A stretch of DNA of 40,546 bases from Prasinococcaceae sp. CCMP 1430. Its lineage: Eukaryota; Plantae; Prasinodermophyta. The DNA lies in NCBI GenBank assembly GCA_013416795.1, contig RQSC01000020.1, positions 1 to 40,546 on the forward strand. The letters are read 5' to 3'. The notes under the pieces are model-generated. The model searched no databases. It saw only the letters and a program-made list of their open reading frames with translations, and was not told the DNA's origin. Shown piece by piece: positions 1 through 11,116 of the stretch (the stretch's first letter is position 1; every line of letters starts with the position of its first letter). A program made the translations under genes and the position numbers.

Positions 1-244
1 GCGCCCGCTCCCACCACGCAACAGTTCGCCGCGCATGCCAGCCGCCGCCGATCTCCCACCAATTGAAACCCTTACACCCCACCCCAAACCTCCAAACATT
101 ATTTCATCACCGTACACTGCTCGAGGACCATGGGTACAACCACATAATAAAAGTATTTTATCACCCCAAAAAGACGTTATGAAAGAAATTGGAGAGTGGA
201 ACTGCAAACCTGTACGAGGCGCCCGCGGTGCCGGCGCGTCCCCC

Positions 245-563
245 GGCGAGCGCGGCGCGGCGCCGTTCCCCGCCGCTGGCGGTTGTGGCCGGACGGTCTA
301 GGTCGATGCCGATCTGGTCGGCCAGCGCGGCCACTGCATGGGGGGCTGGCGCGTCGGGTCCCGCCAGAGCAAAGTCACGCAGCGTCGCATGCCCGGCAAA
401 GCTCGGTTCCTGTTCCAGCATGACGACACGGGTACCCGGCACGATGGTGCGTTTGCCGCTGTCGGCCTCTATCCGGTCGGCGAGCAAGCGCAGCAGCGTC
501 GATTTGCCGGCGCCATTGCGGCCGATGAGCGCGAGCCGTTCACGCGCGCCGATATAAATATCC
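245..563 (-). other. uup: Internal fragment of a bacterial ABC-F ATPase (Uup-like, alphaproteobacterial/Sphingomonadales style); probably contaminant sequence filled into a gap
   Basis: Translates DIYIGARERLALIGRNGAGKSTLLRLL...VMLEQEP...ASGGERRRAALA, with Walker A, Q-loop and ABC signature. Similarity stops before Walker B and starts exactly at the N at 564. No start or stop of its own. Confidence 0.8.
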
Positions 564-564
564 N

Positions 565-1178
565 AGCCCTCGGGGCGCTGCTCGTGCCACTTGCGGCGGA
601 GCACCTCGGCGTCAATCACGGCGTCCCAGTCGGTCTCGCCGTCGTCCTTCTTGAACTGGGAGAAGTCCCAGGTGCCGCCCTTCCACTGCGAAGGCATTGG
701 GGGCGGGGGCGGGGGGAGGACGGGCACGGCAGCAGGGCGCAGCGGCGGCGCGCGCGGTGCGTGCGCGGAGTGCGCGTCGGGCGAACGAGGCGAACGTGTC
801 AGCCAAACGTGGCAAAGGCGACGGATCCCCGCGGTGCACGAAGGCACCGGCGTGGCAAGCCTGCCGCATGGCACGCGCGCGGCACACGCTCGCGCCCCGC
901 ACGTGTACGCGTCCGCGTGGGTTTCGCGCGGTCCTGCGCGCGGCCTCCCCCGCGCCTGCTGCGTTCGCGCGTACCCTCGCGTCCTTGAAGTCGCTGGTGA
1001 ACTGGATGATGTTGCCCTGGCTGGCCGCGTCCTTGCCACGCGCCTTGTCGCCCTTGAGCGTGCCACCCGTCTCGAGCGGCCCCGCCTTCTTCTCGGTCGC
1101 GACGGCCATCGCGCGGGCGCCGCGGCGGCGCTGCGCGGGGAGCGCGACGCGCGCGGCCGCGCGCGACACGCACTGCAT
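565..1178 (-). CDS. LIL3: Light-harvesting-like protein 3 (LIL3), 5' part only; exons 1178-975 and 685-565, intron 974-686; truncated at N564
   Basis: ATG at 1178 with a transit-peptide-like start ([19 protein letters not shown]). The spliced product FKDAR|[33 protein letters not shown] matches the LIL3 motif (F.D.RW..GTWDL.QF...G.TDWD.VI.AE..RRKW). GTACGC donor and CGCAG acceptor. The LHC helix and C-terminus are absent from the window. Confidence 0.88.
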
Positions 1179-3574
1179 CCTCGCTGGCGGGGGGGGGGGG
1201 GGGCGAGGGGAGAGTCGAGCTCGGCGGAAGGGGAAGGGGAAGGAGAGCGAGGCTGCGAGCCGCGCGCACAGTGGCACGTCCGCCCGAGAGCCCACGCCAC
1301 CCTTCCCTCCCAAGCCCCCCAACCCCCGCCCCACCCCCGCCCCGACCTCCCCACCCCCGCACGCACGCGCGTCGCAAACCGCCGCCGCAGAGCTTAGCCG
1401 CGCCCGCGCGCGCGCCGCGCGGAACCCCTCTTTTCCTACGTCAGATCTGAGGAATCCACCCGGCCACTTTACGTGTTCATTACCATTTCATCCCCCTTTT
1501 GGATTCCGCACGAATCCGCGGCATGCGCCGTCGCGTTCCGCCGCCGCCCCGCGGCCGCGGCCGAGATCTCCTCTTATCTTGTTTCCGAGATCTCCGCCGG
1601 CCGGGCCGGCCCGGCGGCGGGACCCTCCCAACAGGGTCTGCGCGCGGGGGATTTAAAAAAAAAAAAGCGCGCCAAGCGCCAGGCCAAATCGCACCTCGAA
1701 AGGGGGCGCGGCACGAGCTGCACGGAAAATAAATAGAAATAAAAATAAAAAATAAAAATAAAAATCTGCGCCGTGTGCGCGCGCGCGTGCGCGGCAAAGA
1801 AACAAAAAGTAAATAAATAAATAAATGATCTGCTGTGTTTGTTGCGCGCGCGCGCCCGCGGGCGGACGACGACGCGGGAGGAATTCGGGCCGGGCGGCGC
1901 CGGCGTAGAAAAAAAAAGGCGCGCCCGCCCTCCGCGTCCCTCCGATCTCCTTCGGGCCTTTTTTTTTTTTTTTGGTCGGTCGGTCGGTCGGAGGTCCGCG
2001 CGCGCGCGCGGGGCGACGCCGCCGAGGCATCACCCCATCAAATCGCATGCCGTTTTTCCGCCTCGTTTGTTTCGCTGTCTGCCGAAGGATAGATATTTAC
2101 CTGTCGCACCATCAGTCCGGTCGCATTGGCGTCCCTCAGCATCTCCTTTTGTTGCGGGGTTTTTCCCCATTTTTTTTTTCCGCGCCCCGGGCGTCGGAGC
2201 TTGAGTTTAGGTTTGGGGTTGGGGTTCGGCCCGCGCGCGGCCCCCCCGCCCGGCGGAGGCGGCCAAGGGCCCCGCTTACCGACCGCATGCATTTTCGGCT
2301 GAGGGCGGGATCTCGCCCGGGCGGCGGCGGCGACGGCGGGGGCCGCCAGCGCGGCTCGCGCCGAGGGGGGGGGAGGCTTCGGTTTGGGTTGGGTTGCGTC
2401 GAGCGAGCGAGCCGTCAGCGCGCGGTGGTGGACGACGATGACGGCGTCGATCGACGCGACGCGCGCAGTTGGTGTACACACATGGCGCGCGGGTCACCTC
2501 CGCCAAGGGCGTTGGGGTGGTTGGGGTAGGAACCCTCCCTCTCTAGTCTAGTGGGAAGGTACTGCAGTGTTGGTGCTGAGGTCCGACCGAGGACTGCTGA
2601 ACTGGCCGGGGCGTGTGCCGGCCGCGCGCCTGCGTGCAGGCCGATGCCCTGCTCCTGCTCCTGCTCCTGCTCCGCCCCCGCGCGCGCCGCGCAATCCACA
2701 CCCCGGCCGGGTACGCCCTCCCTGCCGGCCGGCGACGGCGACGGCAACGCGCAGCGCCCCCCACAGCCCGGCCCTCGACCCGACAGGGGAGGGGCACTGC
2801 TGCCGCACGCGGGTCCCGCGCGCAGCGACCCGCGGCTGGGTCGGCTGCGGGCTCCGGTCCCCGCCGCAGGCCTCGCTCGCTGCTCTGCCCCGGCCAAGGT
2901 GAGAGAGACGTAGTTGAGGGTTTAGGGGCCGCCGCCGCGCGCCCCGCCGCGGGCGTCAAATCTCGTACCCCACCCCCCAACTCCCCAAATACAAACCCTG
3001 TCCAACTTTCTTTCATCACAGAAGCTTACAAGAGACACAAACCGTAATTGCGGTTCCGCGCGCGACTTCGGCGGCGGCGCGGTGCCGCTGCGCGGCGCCG
3101 GGCCGCCGCGCGGCCGGGGTTGGCCCCAGGGGGATCCGGAGGCGGCGCTGGGTCGGTGGGGCGCAGCCTCGATCGAGGGCGCCTGCCGGTCCTCGCCACG
3201 CCGAAGTGCCGCCCGCCAAGTCAGCTAGGTCTGAGTGAGAGGCTGCAGGCTGGCTCGGCGCGGCGCGCGAGCGCATGCGAACGGTGCGGGTTTGCGTCGG
3301 GTGACAGTGGTGCGCACCGCCTCCCCTCTCCCCCCCAGCACACGCACACGCACACGCACGCGCCCTGGGCCACAGCGCGGACGTGCGCGGCGACGCTGCG
3401 GGCTCGGGCGGCAGGCGCCGGGGAGGGGGCTCTCGCGGGAGGGCTCGGCCGGCGGCGGCGTCATGATCGTTCGGCTCGGCGGGCGAGCAGCGCACGCCCG
3501 GCGGCCTCATCCTGCCCGGGCAGCGCCCGGACCCGACGGCCGACCCGCGCGACGCGCAGTTCGGCGGCGGCGGG

Positions 3575-4819
3575 ATGGCCGGCGGCGGCATGACCAACAT
3601 GGAGGCCAAGGCGGCGCAGACGGCAGCGTCGTTCCGCCCCCCGCCGAGCTTCGTCGAGGAGGTCAACGACGGCTGCGAGAACGACCAGGAGCGCCTGCAG
3701 CGACTCACCATGCGCATGGGCACGTGGTCGGAGCTCGCGAAGCTGCTGCCCACGCTGCGCCGCGGCGGCGTGGACGCCAAGACCGTCGAGATCGCCACGG
3801 GGCTCACGTGCGCGGAGCAGAACGAGATGGAGGGCGCGCTCGCCGTGCGCAGCTCCATGGAGGCCGCCGGCGCCGACGAGATGCTGCTGCGCCAGTTCGA
3901 CAACGAGGACGGCTTCCAGGTCCTCTACCGCATGGTGCGCATCCCGGCCAACCTGCGCCTCCCGTCCGCGGAGTGGGTGCTCGCAGTGGGCGGCGGGAAC
4001 GAGACCGTCAAGGAGCTCTCCGACGCCATCACCAAGTTCGAGCGCTACAAGGGCAGGGCGAAGGGCTTCGAGGAGCTTCCGGGGGATTGCATGGCCTTCA
4101 ACCTGTGGCGCACCGTCGACACGGCGGTCGTCAAGAAGACCGAGGCGCTGGAGACGCTCGGGCGCGCGATGGAGCTCTGCCAGTCGGAGAGGGCGCTCGA
4201 CACGATCCAGGCCACGCTCGACCAGTACGGCGACGTCCAGGCCGAGGATGACACCTCCAAGGACACCACCGCCGACATGGTCGCGCGGCTCCCGTCGTCG
4301 CGCATGCGCGAGGACGAGGCCGCGGGCGTGCTGGTGCCCGTGGCGGGCTCGCTCGCTGATCAGGGCATCGCCGCGCTCGTGCGCGCGTGCGCCGCGGCGT
4401 CGCCCTCGCCCGCCGCCAAGCCCTTCGGTGTCATCGAGGCGCCTGCCTCCAAGTACATTTTCGTCCCCGGCGGCTGGGCTATTTCCAAGAGGATCACCAA
4501 CCCGGTCGCCATCTTCGTACCCAATCGCACGACGCTGCCCGAGCAGACCAAGGCGTCTGCTGAGCCCGCCATGCTGGTGATCGACGCAGCCGACGCGCGC
4601 GGCGAGCCGGGCGCGTACTACGCCATGGACACCGGCAGCGGAATTCAGCTGATCGCCGGCGGGTCGGAGCAAGCCATGAGCGCCGCCGCCGGCGGCTACC
4701 TCCTCGGTGCGGGCGTGATGGTGCTGTTGGTGCCCCAGAGGGGCTCGGACTCGGCGTTCGACTCCCCGCCCGACGGTGATGAAGTGGTGGCGCAGGCGCT
4801 GGGCGGGAGCGGCTTCTAG
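3575..4819 (+). CDS. RAF1: Rubisco accumulation factor 1; true start and transit peptide uncertain (frame open from 3467)
   Basis: W.ELAKLLPTLRRGG.....VEIATGLTCAEQN......VRSSM, FD......LY, PGDCMAF.L.R and the C-terminal beta domain (LVPVAG...PFGVI....KYIFVPGGW) align with plant and cyanobacterial RAF1. Strong codon bias; TAG at 4817-4819. Confidence 0.85.
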   Translation: MAGGGMTNMEAKAAQTAASFRPPPSFVEEVNDGCENDQERLQRLTMRMGTWSELAKLLPTLRRGGVDAKTVEIATGLTCAEQNEMEGALAVRSSMEAAGADEMLLRQFDNEDGFQVLYRMVRIPANLRLPSAEWVLAVGGGNETVKELSDAITKFERYKGRAKGFEELPGDCMAFNLWRTVDTAVVKKTEALETLGRAMELCQSERALDTIQATLDQYGDVQAEDDTSKDTTADMVARLPSSRMREDEAAGVLVPVAGSLADQGIAALVRACAAASPSPAAKPFGVIEAPASKYIFVPGGWAISKRITNPVAIFVPNRTTLPEQTKASAEPAMLVIDAADARGEPGAYYAMDTGSGIQLIAGGSEQAMSAAAGGYLLGAGVMVLLVPQRGSDSAFDSPPDGDEVVAQALGGSGF

Positions 4820-4927
4820 GCCACCGAGCGCGAGCGGCATGGCGCGCCTGCCCCCAGAGGTGAGTATGTAACATTATGAATACAAGCAGCGCACGTTCGC
4901 GCGCGCGATGACGAACGTCGGCGCGCG

Positions 4928-6944
4928 CTAGAGCCTGCTGCGTGGCGGCTGCTGAGGCCGACTCCGCACATCCGCGGGTTGCTCTCTCCATGCGAGCTCA
5001 GCGATGACCACGCGCCGCACATCCGCCTTCACCACCTTGCGCGAGGCGTTGCGCGGCAGCGGGGCGCGCGTCAGGACAAGCCGGCGCGGCAGCTTGTACC
5101 GTGCGAGCCCCCGCGCCGCGCAATGGTCGACAAGTTCGCGCGCCAGGGCCGCCTCCGACGCTGTCTCGGCGCCGTGCGCAGCCCCGTCCGTCGCCTCGAC
5201 GGCGCGATCGCCGGCGACCACGACGAGCGCGGCGACGGTCTCGCCGAGGCGCGCGTCGGGCACGGCCACCACCGCCGCCTCCTTCACCGCCGCGTGGGAC
5301 TCAAGCGCGGCGCCCACCTCGGCGGCCATCACCCACTCGCCTCCAGTGCGAATGGAATCCGACGCGCGCCCAAGCACCCACAGCGCTCCCGAGCTGTCCA
5401 ATCTGCACAGGTCGCCAGAGGTGTACCAGCCATCGGCGTCCAGCACCGCGCGCGTCTCCCGCGGCATCCCCCAGTAGCCAAGCATCACGTGCGGCCCGCG
5501 CGTCTGGGAGAGCCGCCCGACTGCATCGAGCTCGTTTCCATCGCCCCCCCCGTCGCCGTTGCCACTGCGCGGCGTCGCCCTCTGATCGAGGCGCAACTCG
5601 ACGTGCGGCGGCGCCCACCCAACGCACGTCCCAGCAAACGCTGCGCACTCGCTCGTGCGTTCAAGAGCGCGCGCGCGCGCGCGCGCGCTCGCCTCGGTGA
5701 CGGGTACGCCCGTGCTGGCACTCGTAGTGCACGCCTCGCCAGCGGCGAGCCACGTGGCATGGTCCGCGCCGGCATGCAGGGCGGCGGCAACGGGGGCCTC
5801 AATGAACGTCACGGACGAGCACGCCTCGGTCATTCCGTACGTGTAGACGATGCGCGCGGCGTCAAACAGGCGCATCGCCCCGTGTGTCGCGGCTTGAGTG
5901 GGTGCACCGCCACCTACGAGCACTGCACGCACGCGCGCCGCGGCACGCGCCGTACGATGCGGATGCGCGCGCGCAAATGCGAGCAGATCCTCAAGCATTG
6001 CGGGCACCGCTATGAGCGCATTGACGCCTTCGTTCTCAATGGCCTCGATGACGCCCTGGGCACTGTATCCAACCGCCGCGCGCGCGGGCCACACGTGACG
6101 CGCGCCAGCCATGAGGCACGCCACTGCGCTCGAGAGCCCGCCCACGTGACTCAGCGGCGCAGACTGCAGCAGTGCCGTCTCCGCGGTGAACCCGCAGTGC
6201 GTCAGCTTGGCGAGGCCCTGCGCGCCGAGCGCGCCCAGAGACAACGCGACGCCCTTCGGCGCGCCAGTCGTGCCAGAGGTGAAGCACACCATCGATGCTC
6301 GCTCGCCACTGGGCCATAGCTGCGCCGTCTGTACCGGCACACGGACTTCCCCTGCCATGTGGCCGCTCGAGGGCACGGGCACGGTTGGCTCCTCGTGCGC
6401 GCGGGCGACGGCGAAAGCGACCACGTGCAGCCCGCATGACCTGCACAAAAGGGGTCAGAGGCCTGGCAAGCGCGCACGCGCAGGGACAGAGGTGCGAGAG
6501 GAAGCGCTGTGGGACACGCGGAACACGCCACTCCGCGCTCGTGCGCTCGCGGGCACCCCCGTGCTGCGCACGGGAGGCGACAGCGCGCTCGCGCGCTCTC
6601 ACCTGCCGGCTGCTGCCGCTGCTGCGCTCGCGGCGGTGCCAGCGTCCGCGGCGCCGACGACCACGACGACCGCCCCGACCGTACGCATTGCCACACTCGC
6701 TTCCCGCTCAGTCCACCGCGGGTTGAGCGCCGCCACCACCGCGCCCGCCTCCCACAGCGCCATGTAGAGCTCGAGCGTCTCCGCGCAGTTGGGCGCGCAC
6801 ACGCACACCACGCCGCCGCCGCCCCCGCCGAGCGCCGCGCGCCATGCGGCGGCGGCACCGCGTCCGCCGGCGCCCGCCGGCGCGCGCGCTCGCGCGCTCG
6901 CGCGCTCGCGCACACCCCCACCGCTGGAGCTCTCGTCGACACAT
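4928..6944 (-). CDS. AAE14: o-succinylbenzoate-CoA ligase (AAE14/MenE), phylloquinone pathway; intron 6602-6441; exact start uncertain
   Basis: AMP-binding motif CFTSGTTGAPKG, plus LAKL..CG, APLSHVGGLSS, YGMTEACSS, GPHVMLGYW, SGD, GRASDSIRTGGEWV and YKLPR. The AQGLAK/HVGGLSS/TEACSS combination is typical of plant AAE14. The intron AG|gtgaga...tgtgcag|G keeps frame. No in-frame ATG found for the upstream exon. Confidence 0.8.
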
Positions 6945-6949
6945 ACTGT

Positions 6950-6963
6950 AAACCCTACCCTAA
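6950..6963 (+). promoter_or_regulatory. Telo-box (AAACCCTA plus CCCTAA) in the divergent AAE14/uL2m promoter
   Basis: Exact AAACCCTA upstream of a ribosomal-protein gene, the usual context for plant telo-boxes. Confidence 0.45.
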
Positions 6964-7249
6964 TTCGGATTCAACCTGGTGAATGACTCGAGGATCGGGA
7001 CATGAACCCGTTCTGACGGCCGGCAGACCGCGCTTAGACCTGGTTGATCGAGATAAGACCGGGGATGGCGCAATGCACACGGCCGCGGGTCGGCACGACC
7101 GCGGCGTGGAGCAGGCGGTGATACCCTAACGGAGAGGGGTGCGCGGCACACGGCGCAGGGGCCGCGGGCGCGACCCCGCCCCTCGCACCCCTCACCCCCC
7201 ACACACACCCACCCACCCACCCGCCACCACATCCCCCCTGCCGCGGGTG

Positions 7250-8495
7250 ATGCTTCGGCGCGCGGGCGCGGCGGCGGGGCTTGCGGGACGTGCACATGGG
7301 CCTCAGCGTCATCGCTGGTGCGGCTGGGACGCGGGGGCGGCGGCGCGCGGGAGCGGCGGGCATGAGGGCGGCGCGCGGGCCTACGCGACGTCGGAGCAGA
7401 TGCGCGGCATGAAGAAGTACAAGCCGACCACGCCGGGCTTCCGCGGCCGCCAGATCACGTCCCGCGAAGCCCTCTGGAAGGGTGGGCCGTACAAGCCGCT
7501 GACGGTCGGCATGCGCAAGACCGGCGGCCGCAACAACAAGGGTCGCATCACCATGTGGCACCGCGGCGGCGGCCACAAGCGCAAGTACCGCATGGTCGAT
7601 TTCAAGCGCGCGCCACGCACAGACGAGGAGGTCAAGGCTGAGCAAGAGGCTGCACAGGAGAATCCCAACGCGGGTGCCGCTCCCGTGGTGACGGGCGGTG
7701 GCGGCGGTCTCGGCCAGGCCTCGGCGGCGCTCATGCAGCTGGGGTCGCGAAACTTGAACGGCGTTGTCGAGCGCATCGAATACGACCCCAACCGCTCAGC
7801 GCGCATCGCGTTGGTGGGGTACCAGCGCTCGTCGGGCGACCACTTCAAGCGGTACATCCTTGCGCCGGAGGGCCTGGCGCCGGGCGACTCAGTGACGAAC
7901 TCGCCTGTGGGCGGTGGCGTTGGCGTGAGCGTCGGCAACGCCATGCCACTGCGCGACATCCCTGTGGGCATTCAAATCTGCAACGTCGAGCTGCGCCCTG
8001 GGCGCGGTGGCCAGGTCGCGCGCGCCGCTGGCACCTTCGCCACCCTCGTCAAGCTGGACGAGGCCACCGGATACGCGACCATCAAGCTCGCGAGCGGCGA
8101 GCAGCGCTACGTGCTCGACTCGTGCATGGCCACTATCGGGCAGGTGTCCAACTCAAAGCACAACCAGCGCAACCTGGGCAAGGCTGGCGCGAAGCGATGG
8201 ATCGGTCGCAGGCCCATCGTGCGAGGCGTGGCTATGGTGCGTGCGCTCGCGCGCGCGCGTTTCGCGCCGCGATGCCCGCACGGGGTGCGTTTGCTGACAC
8301 GCGCGTGCGCTGGCGCACACGCAGAACCCGGTGGACCACCCGCACGGCGGCGGCGAAGGCAAGACTTCCGGTGGCAGGCCCTCTGTCACTCCATGGTCCA
8401 AGCCTACGAAGGGCTCCAAGACACGCAAGAAGAACAAGCCTTCGGGCAAGTTCATCAGGGTCACCAGGCACCAGGCCAGGGAGGGCCAGCGGTGA
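7250..8495 (+). CDS. rpl2: Nucleus-encoded mitochondrial ribosomal protein uL2; exons 7250-8236 and 8325-8495
   Basis: [51 protein letters not shown]...RP.VRGVAM|[12 protein letters not shown]. The N-terminus is Arg/Ala-rich and ends in ARAYA, like a mitochondrial presequence. 88-nt GT-AG intron with GCTGAC branch. Confidence 0.92.
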
Positions 8496-8713
8496 GCTGC
8501 GCCTCGAGCGCGGCCCATTCCTAATACACATTCTTTTTTGGCGCACCGGACGGACGGGGAGGGAGGCGGGGAAGACGGGGCGGCTACGCGGGGGGCGATT
8601 GCACGCGTGCGTGAAACTTGCGAACGAGAGTTTAACACCCTGAAAACAGGTGAACGCGTTGCCGGCACGCGCACGTCGGCCGGCTGTCGCGGGCTGCCCT
8701 CGCGCGCCGCCAC

Positions 8714-10813
8714 TCACAGCCCCCTGCTATCCATGCTCTCGAGATCCTCCCACCCGCCGCCCGTGGTGATGATTTCGGTGAAGGACCCGCCGCCGGGGAT
8801 CATGGGCAACACGTGCTCCTGGTGGGGCACGACGACGTCCAGCAGGTAGGGGCCGGGCGTGTCACACATGGCCCTGATGGCGTCCTCGAGGTCGGCCATG
8901 CGGCTCACGCGCGCGGCCGGCACATTAAAAGACTCGGCGCACTTCACGAAGTCGGGGTAAATGTCGGCCTCCTCGAAGACGGTCGTGTGCGACTTGTCCG
9001 GATCACCGATGTAGGTGTGCCCGCGGTTCTTCTTGTAAAACCTGTCCTCCCACTGCACCACCATGCCCAGGTGTTGGTTGTTGAGGATCATCATCTTCAC
9101 CGGGATCTTCTCCGCGAAGAGCGTGGCGAGCTCCTGGATGTTCATGACGAACGAGCCGTCGCCGTCGATGTCAACCACCAGCCGGTCGGGGCACGCGGCC
9201 GCCGCGCCGATTGCGCTGGGCAGGCCGAAGCCCATCGAGCCCAGCCCGCCGCTGGTGATCCACGAGCGCGGCTGGTCGAACTTGTACCACTGCGCGGCGA
9301 ACATCTGGTGCTGGCCAACGCCCGTGGACACGATGGCCTCGCCCTTGGTCACCTCGAAGAGCTTTTCGATGGCGGCCTGCGGAGGAATGAGGTCGTTCGG
9401 CGGCAGCGAGTAGCGCATCGGGAACTCGTTCTGCTGCTGCTTGACGGTGTCGCGCCACTCGTCGATGGCCAGCGACACGTTCCGCTCCTTAATCATCGCG
9501 TTCATGGCCTTGAGCGTCTCCATCACGTCGGCGTTGATCGAGACGAAGGGCGTCTTGTTCTTGCCGATCTCCGCCGGGTCGATGTCGACGTGCACGATGG
9601 AGGCGCCGGGCGCGAAGGCCTCCAGCTTGCCCGTCACGCGGTCGTCGAAGCGCACGCCGAGCGCGATGAGCAGGTCGCACTCGTGCACGGCGAAGTTTGC
9701 GGCGACAGTGCCGTGCATGCCCAGCATCTGCAGCGCACGCTCGTCCGTCTCCGGGAAGGCGCCCAGGCCCATGAGCGTCTGTGACACCGGGATGTTGGTG
9801 AGCTCGACGAACTCCTTGAGCTCATCCGGGCAGTGGTTGCAGCCGCCGCCGACGTACAGCGCGGGCTTGCGCGCCGTCTGCACGGCGCGCAGGAACTGCT
9901 CGAGACCCTCCTGGGCGGGAGGCGCCGGCAGCCGGCTCATGTACGTGTTGAGGCGCAGCGGCTGATCCCACTTGGGCACCATCATGGTCTGCTGGACGTC
10001 CTTGGGGATGTCCACCAGCACGGGGCCTGGCCGGCCTGTGGAGGCGAGCACGAAGGCCTCCTCCATCACGCGCGGGATTTCCTCCGCCGACATGATGAGG
10101 AAGTTGTGCTTGGTGATGGTGCGCGTGATCTCCACGATGGGCGTTTCCTGGAAGGCGTCCGACCCGATCAGCGCGCGGGGCACCTGCCCCGTGATGGCCA
10201 CCACCGGCACGCTGTCGAGCATCGCGTCCGCCAGGCCCGTCACCAGATTGGTCGCGCCGGGCCCCGAGGTGGCGATGCACACGCCAACGCGGCCGGAGGC
10301 CTGGGGAGAGGGCCGGGGCGGATGGCCAGGAATGCGCGCGCGGGGGGGGGGGGTGCGGGCGGGCGAGGCGCTGCGGTCAGCGCTTGCGCTGCATGCGCCC
10401 CTTTCCCCCTGCCCTACCATCGCATTCGCCGCAGCACGCCCGCATCCACGCGATACGAGCAAAGACTGTGCGTGTGCGTGCGCGTGTGCGCGTGCGCGCG
10501 CGTACGCCTGTGTGCGCGTGTGCGTCGCGCCGGCGCACCTTGGCGTAGCCCTCCGCAGCGAAGATCTCGCCCTGCTCGTGTCTGCAGAGGATGTTGCGGA
10601 TGTTGCTCTCGGCGCGCGTGAGCGCCTGGTGGATCTCCATCGACGCACCGCCCGGGTACGCGAACACCGTGTCCACGCCCTGCCGCTCGAGCGCCTCGAC
10701 GAGCACATCGCAGCCCTTGCGCGGCTCGTCGTCACCGAAGCGCGACACGAACGCCTTGCCGTCGGCGGCCGAGCCCGCCGCGGGCGCCGACACCGACGCC
10801 GCGGCGCGCGGCG
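8714..10813 (-). CDS. ALS: Acetolactate synthase large subunit; exons (gap)10813-10539 and 10300-8714; start lost at N10814
   Basis: [41 protein letters not shown], ThDP motif GDGSF...[18 protein letters not shown]. The intron AAG|gtgcgc...ccccag|GCC keeps frame. Confidence 0.95.
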   Translation of the reverse strand, partial: RRAPRRRCRRPRRARPPTARRSCRASVTTSRARAAMCSSRRSSGRAWTRCSRTRAVRRWRSTRRSRAPRATSATSSADTSRARSSLRRATPRCAGATHTRTQAYARARAHAHAHAQSLLVSRGCGRAAANAMVGQGERGACSASADRSASPARTPPPRARIPGHPPRPSPQASGRVGVCIATSGPGATNLVTGLADAMLDSVPVVAITGQVPRALIGSDAFQETPIVEITRTITKHNFLIMSAEEIPRVMEEAFVLASTGRPGPVLVDIPKDVQQTMMVPKWDQPLRLNTYMSRLPAPPAQEGLEQFLRAVQTARKPALYVGGGCNHCPDELKEFVELTNIPVSQTLMGLGAFPETDERALQMLGMHGTVAANFAVHECDLLIALGVRFDDRVTGKLEAFAPGASIVHVDIDPAEIGKNKTPFVSINADVMETLKAMNAMIKERNVSLAIDEWRDTVKQQQNEFPMRYSLPPNDLIPPQAAIEKLFEVTKGEAIVSTGVGQHQMFAAQWYKFDQPRSWITSGGLGSMGFGLPSAIGAAAACPDRLVVDIDGDGSFVMNIQELATLFAEKIPVKMMILNNQHLGMVVQWEDRFYKKNRGHTYIGDPDKSHTTVFEEADIYPDFVKCAESFNVPAARVSRMADLEDAIRAMCDTPGPYLLDVVVPHQEHVLPMIPGGGSFTEIITTGGGWEDLESMDSRGL

Positions 10814-11107
10814 NCGCCTGGGGCTGGGGTGGGGTGTCGATCGGCCCGCCGCCGCCGCCGCCAGCCGCCGCGTGCGCGCGCGCGCCGAAACCGCGCTTCC
10901 GAAACTCCCGCCAACCGCCCCCGCAAAGCACGCGCGCCCTCCAACAAAACCGCGTATCGACGGATCGAAACCCCTCCGGAAACGAATCCGAACGCCCGCG
11001 CGCGGCGCGGGCGCGCCCGCGCGCGCGCGAAAAACCCCGCGCCGCGCGCGCGAACCCACGTCAAAACGAGACCGAAACGCACAAAGGTTCAGACCCTATA
11101 GAAGCTG

Positions 11108-11116
11108 AAACCCTAA
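11108..11116 (+). promoter_or_regulatory. Telo-box AAACCCTAA in the divergent ALS/TOM2A promoter
   Basis: Exact motif in an AT-richer intergenic stretch; related CAGACCCT motifs nearby. Confidence 0.4.

Noticed and set aside
2092-2150. atatttacctg resembles the U1 snRNA 5' end
   Set aside because: There is a mismatch, no U1A loop and no Sm site; it is simply the reverse complement of a donor-like CAGGTAAATAT.
6975-7020. Possible C/D snoRNA (gtgaatga...ctga)
   Set aside because: Box C is imperfect, the span is too short, and no guide complementarity is evident.
8775-8810. Gly at the ALS Ser653-equivalent position (PMIPGGG)
   Set aside because: Small-residue variation here is common in algal and microbial ALS, and the other herbicide-site residues (A122, P197, D376, W574 equivalents) are wild type.
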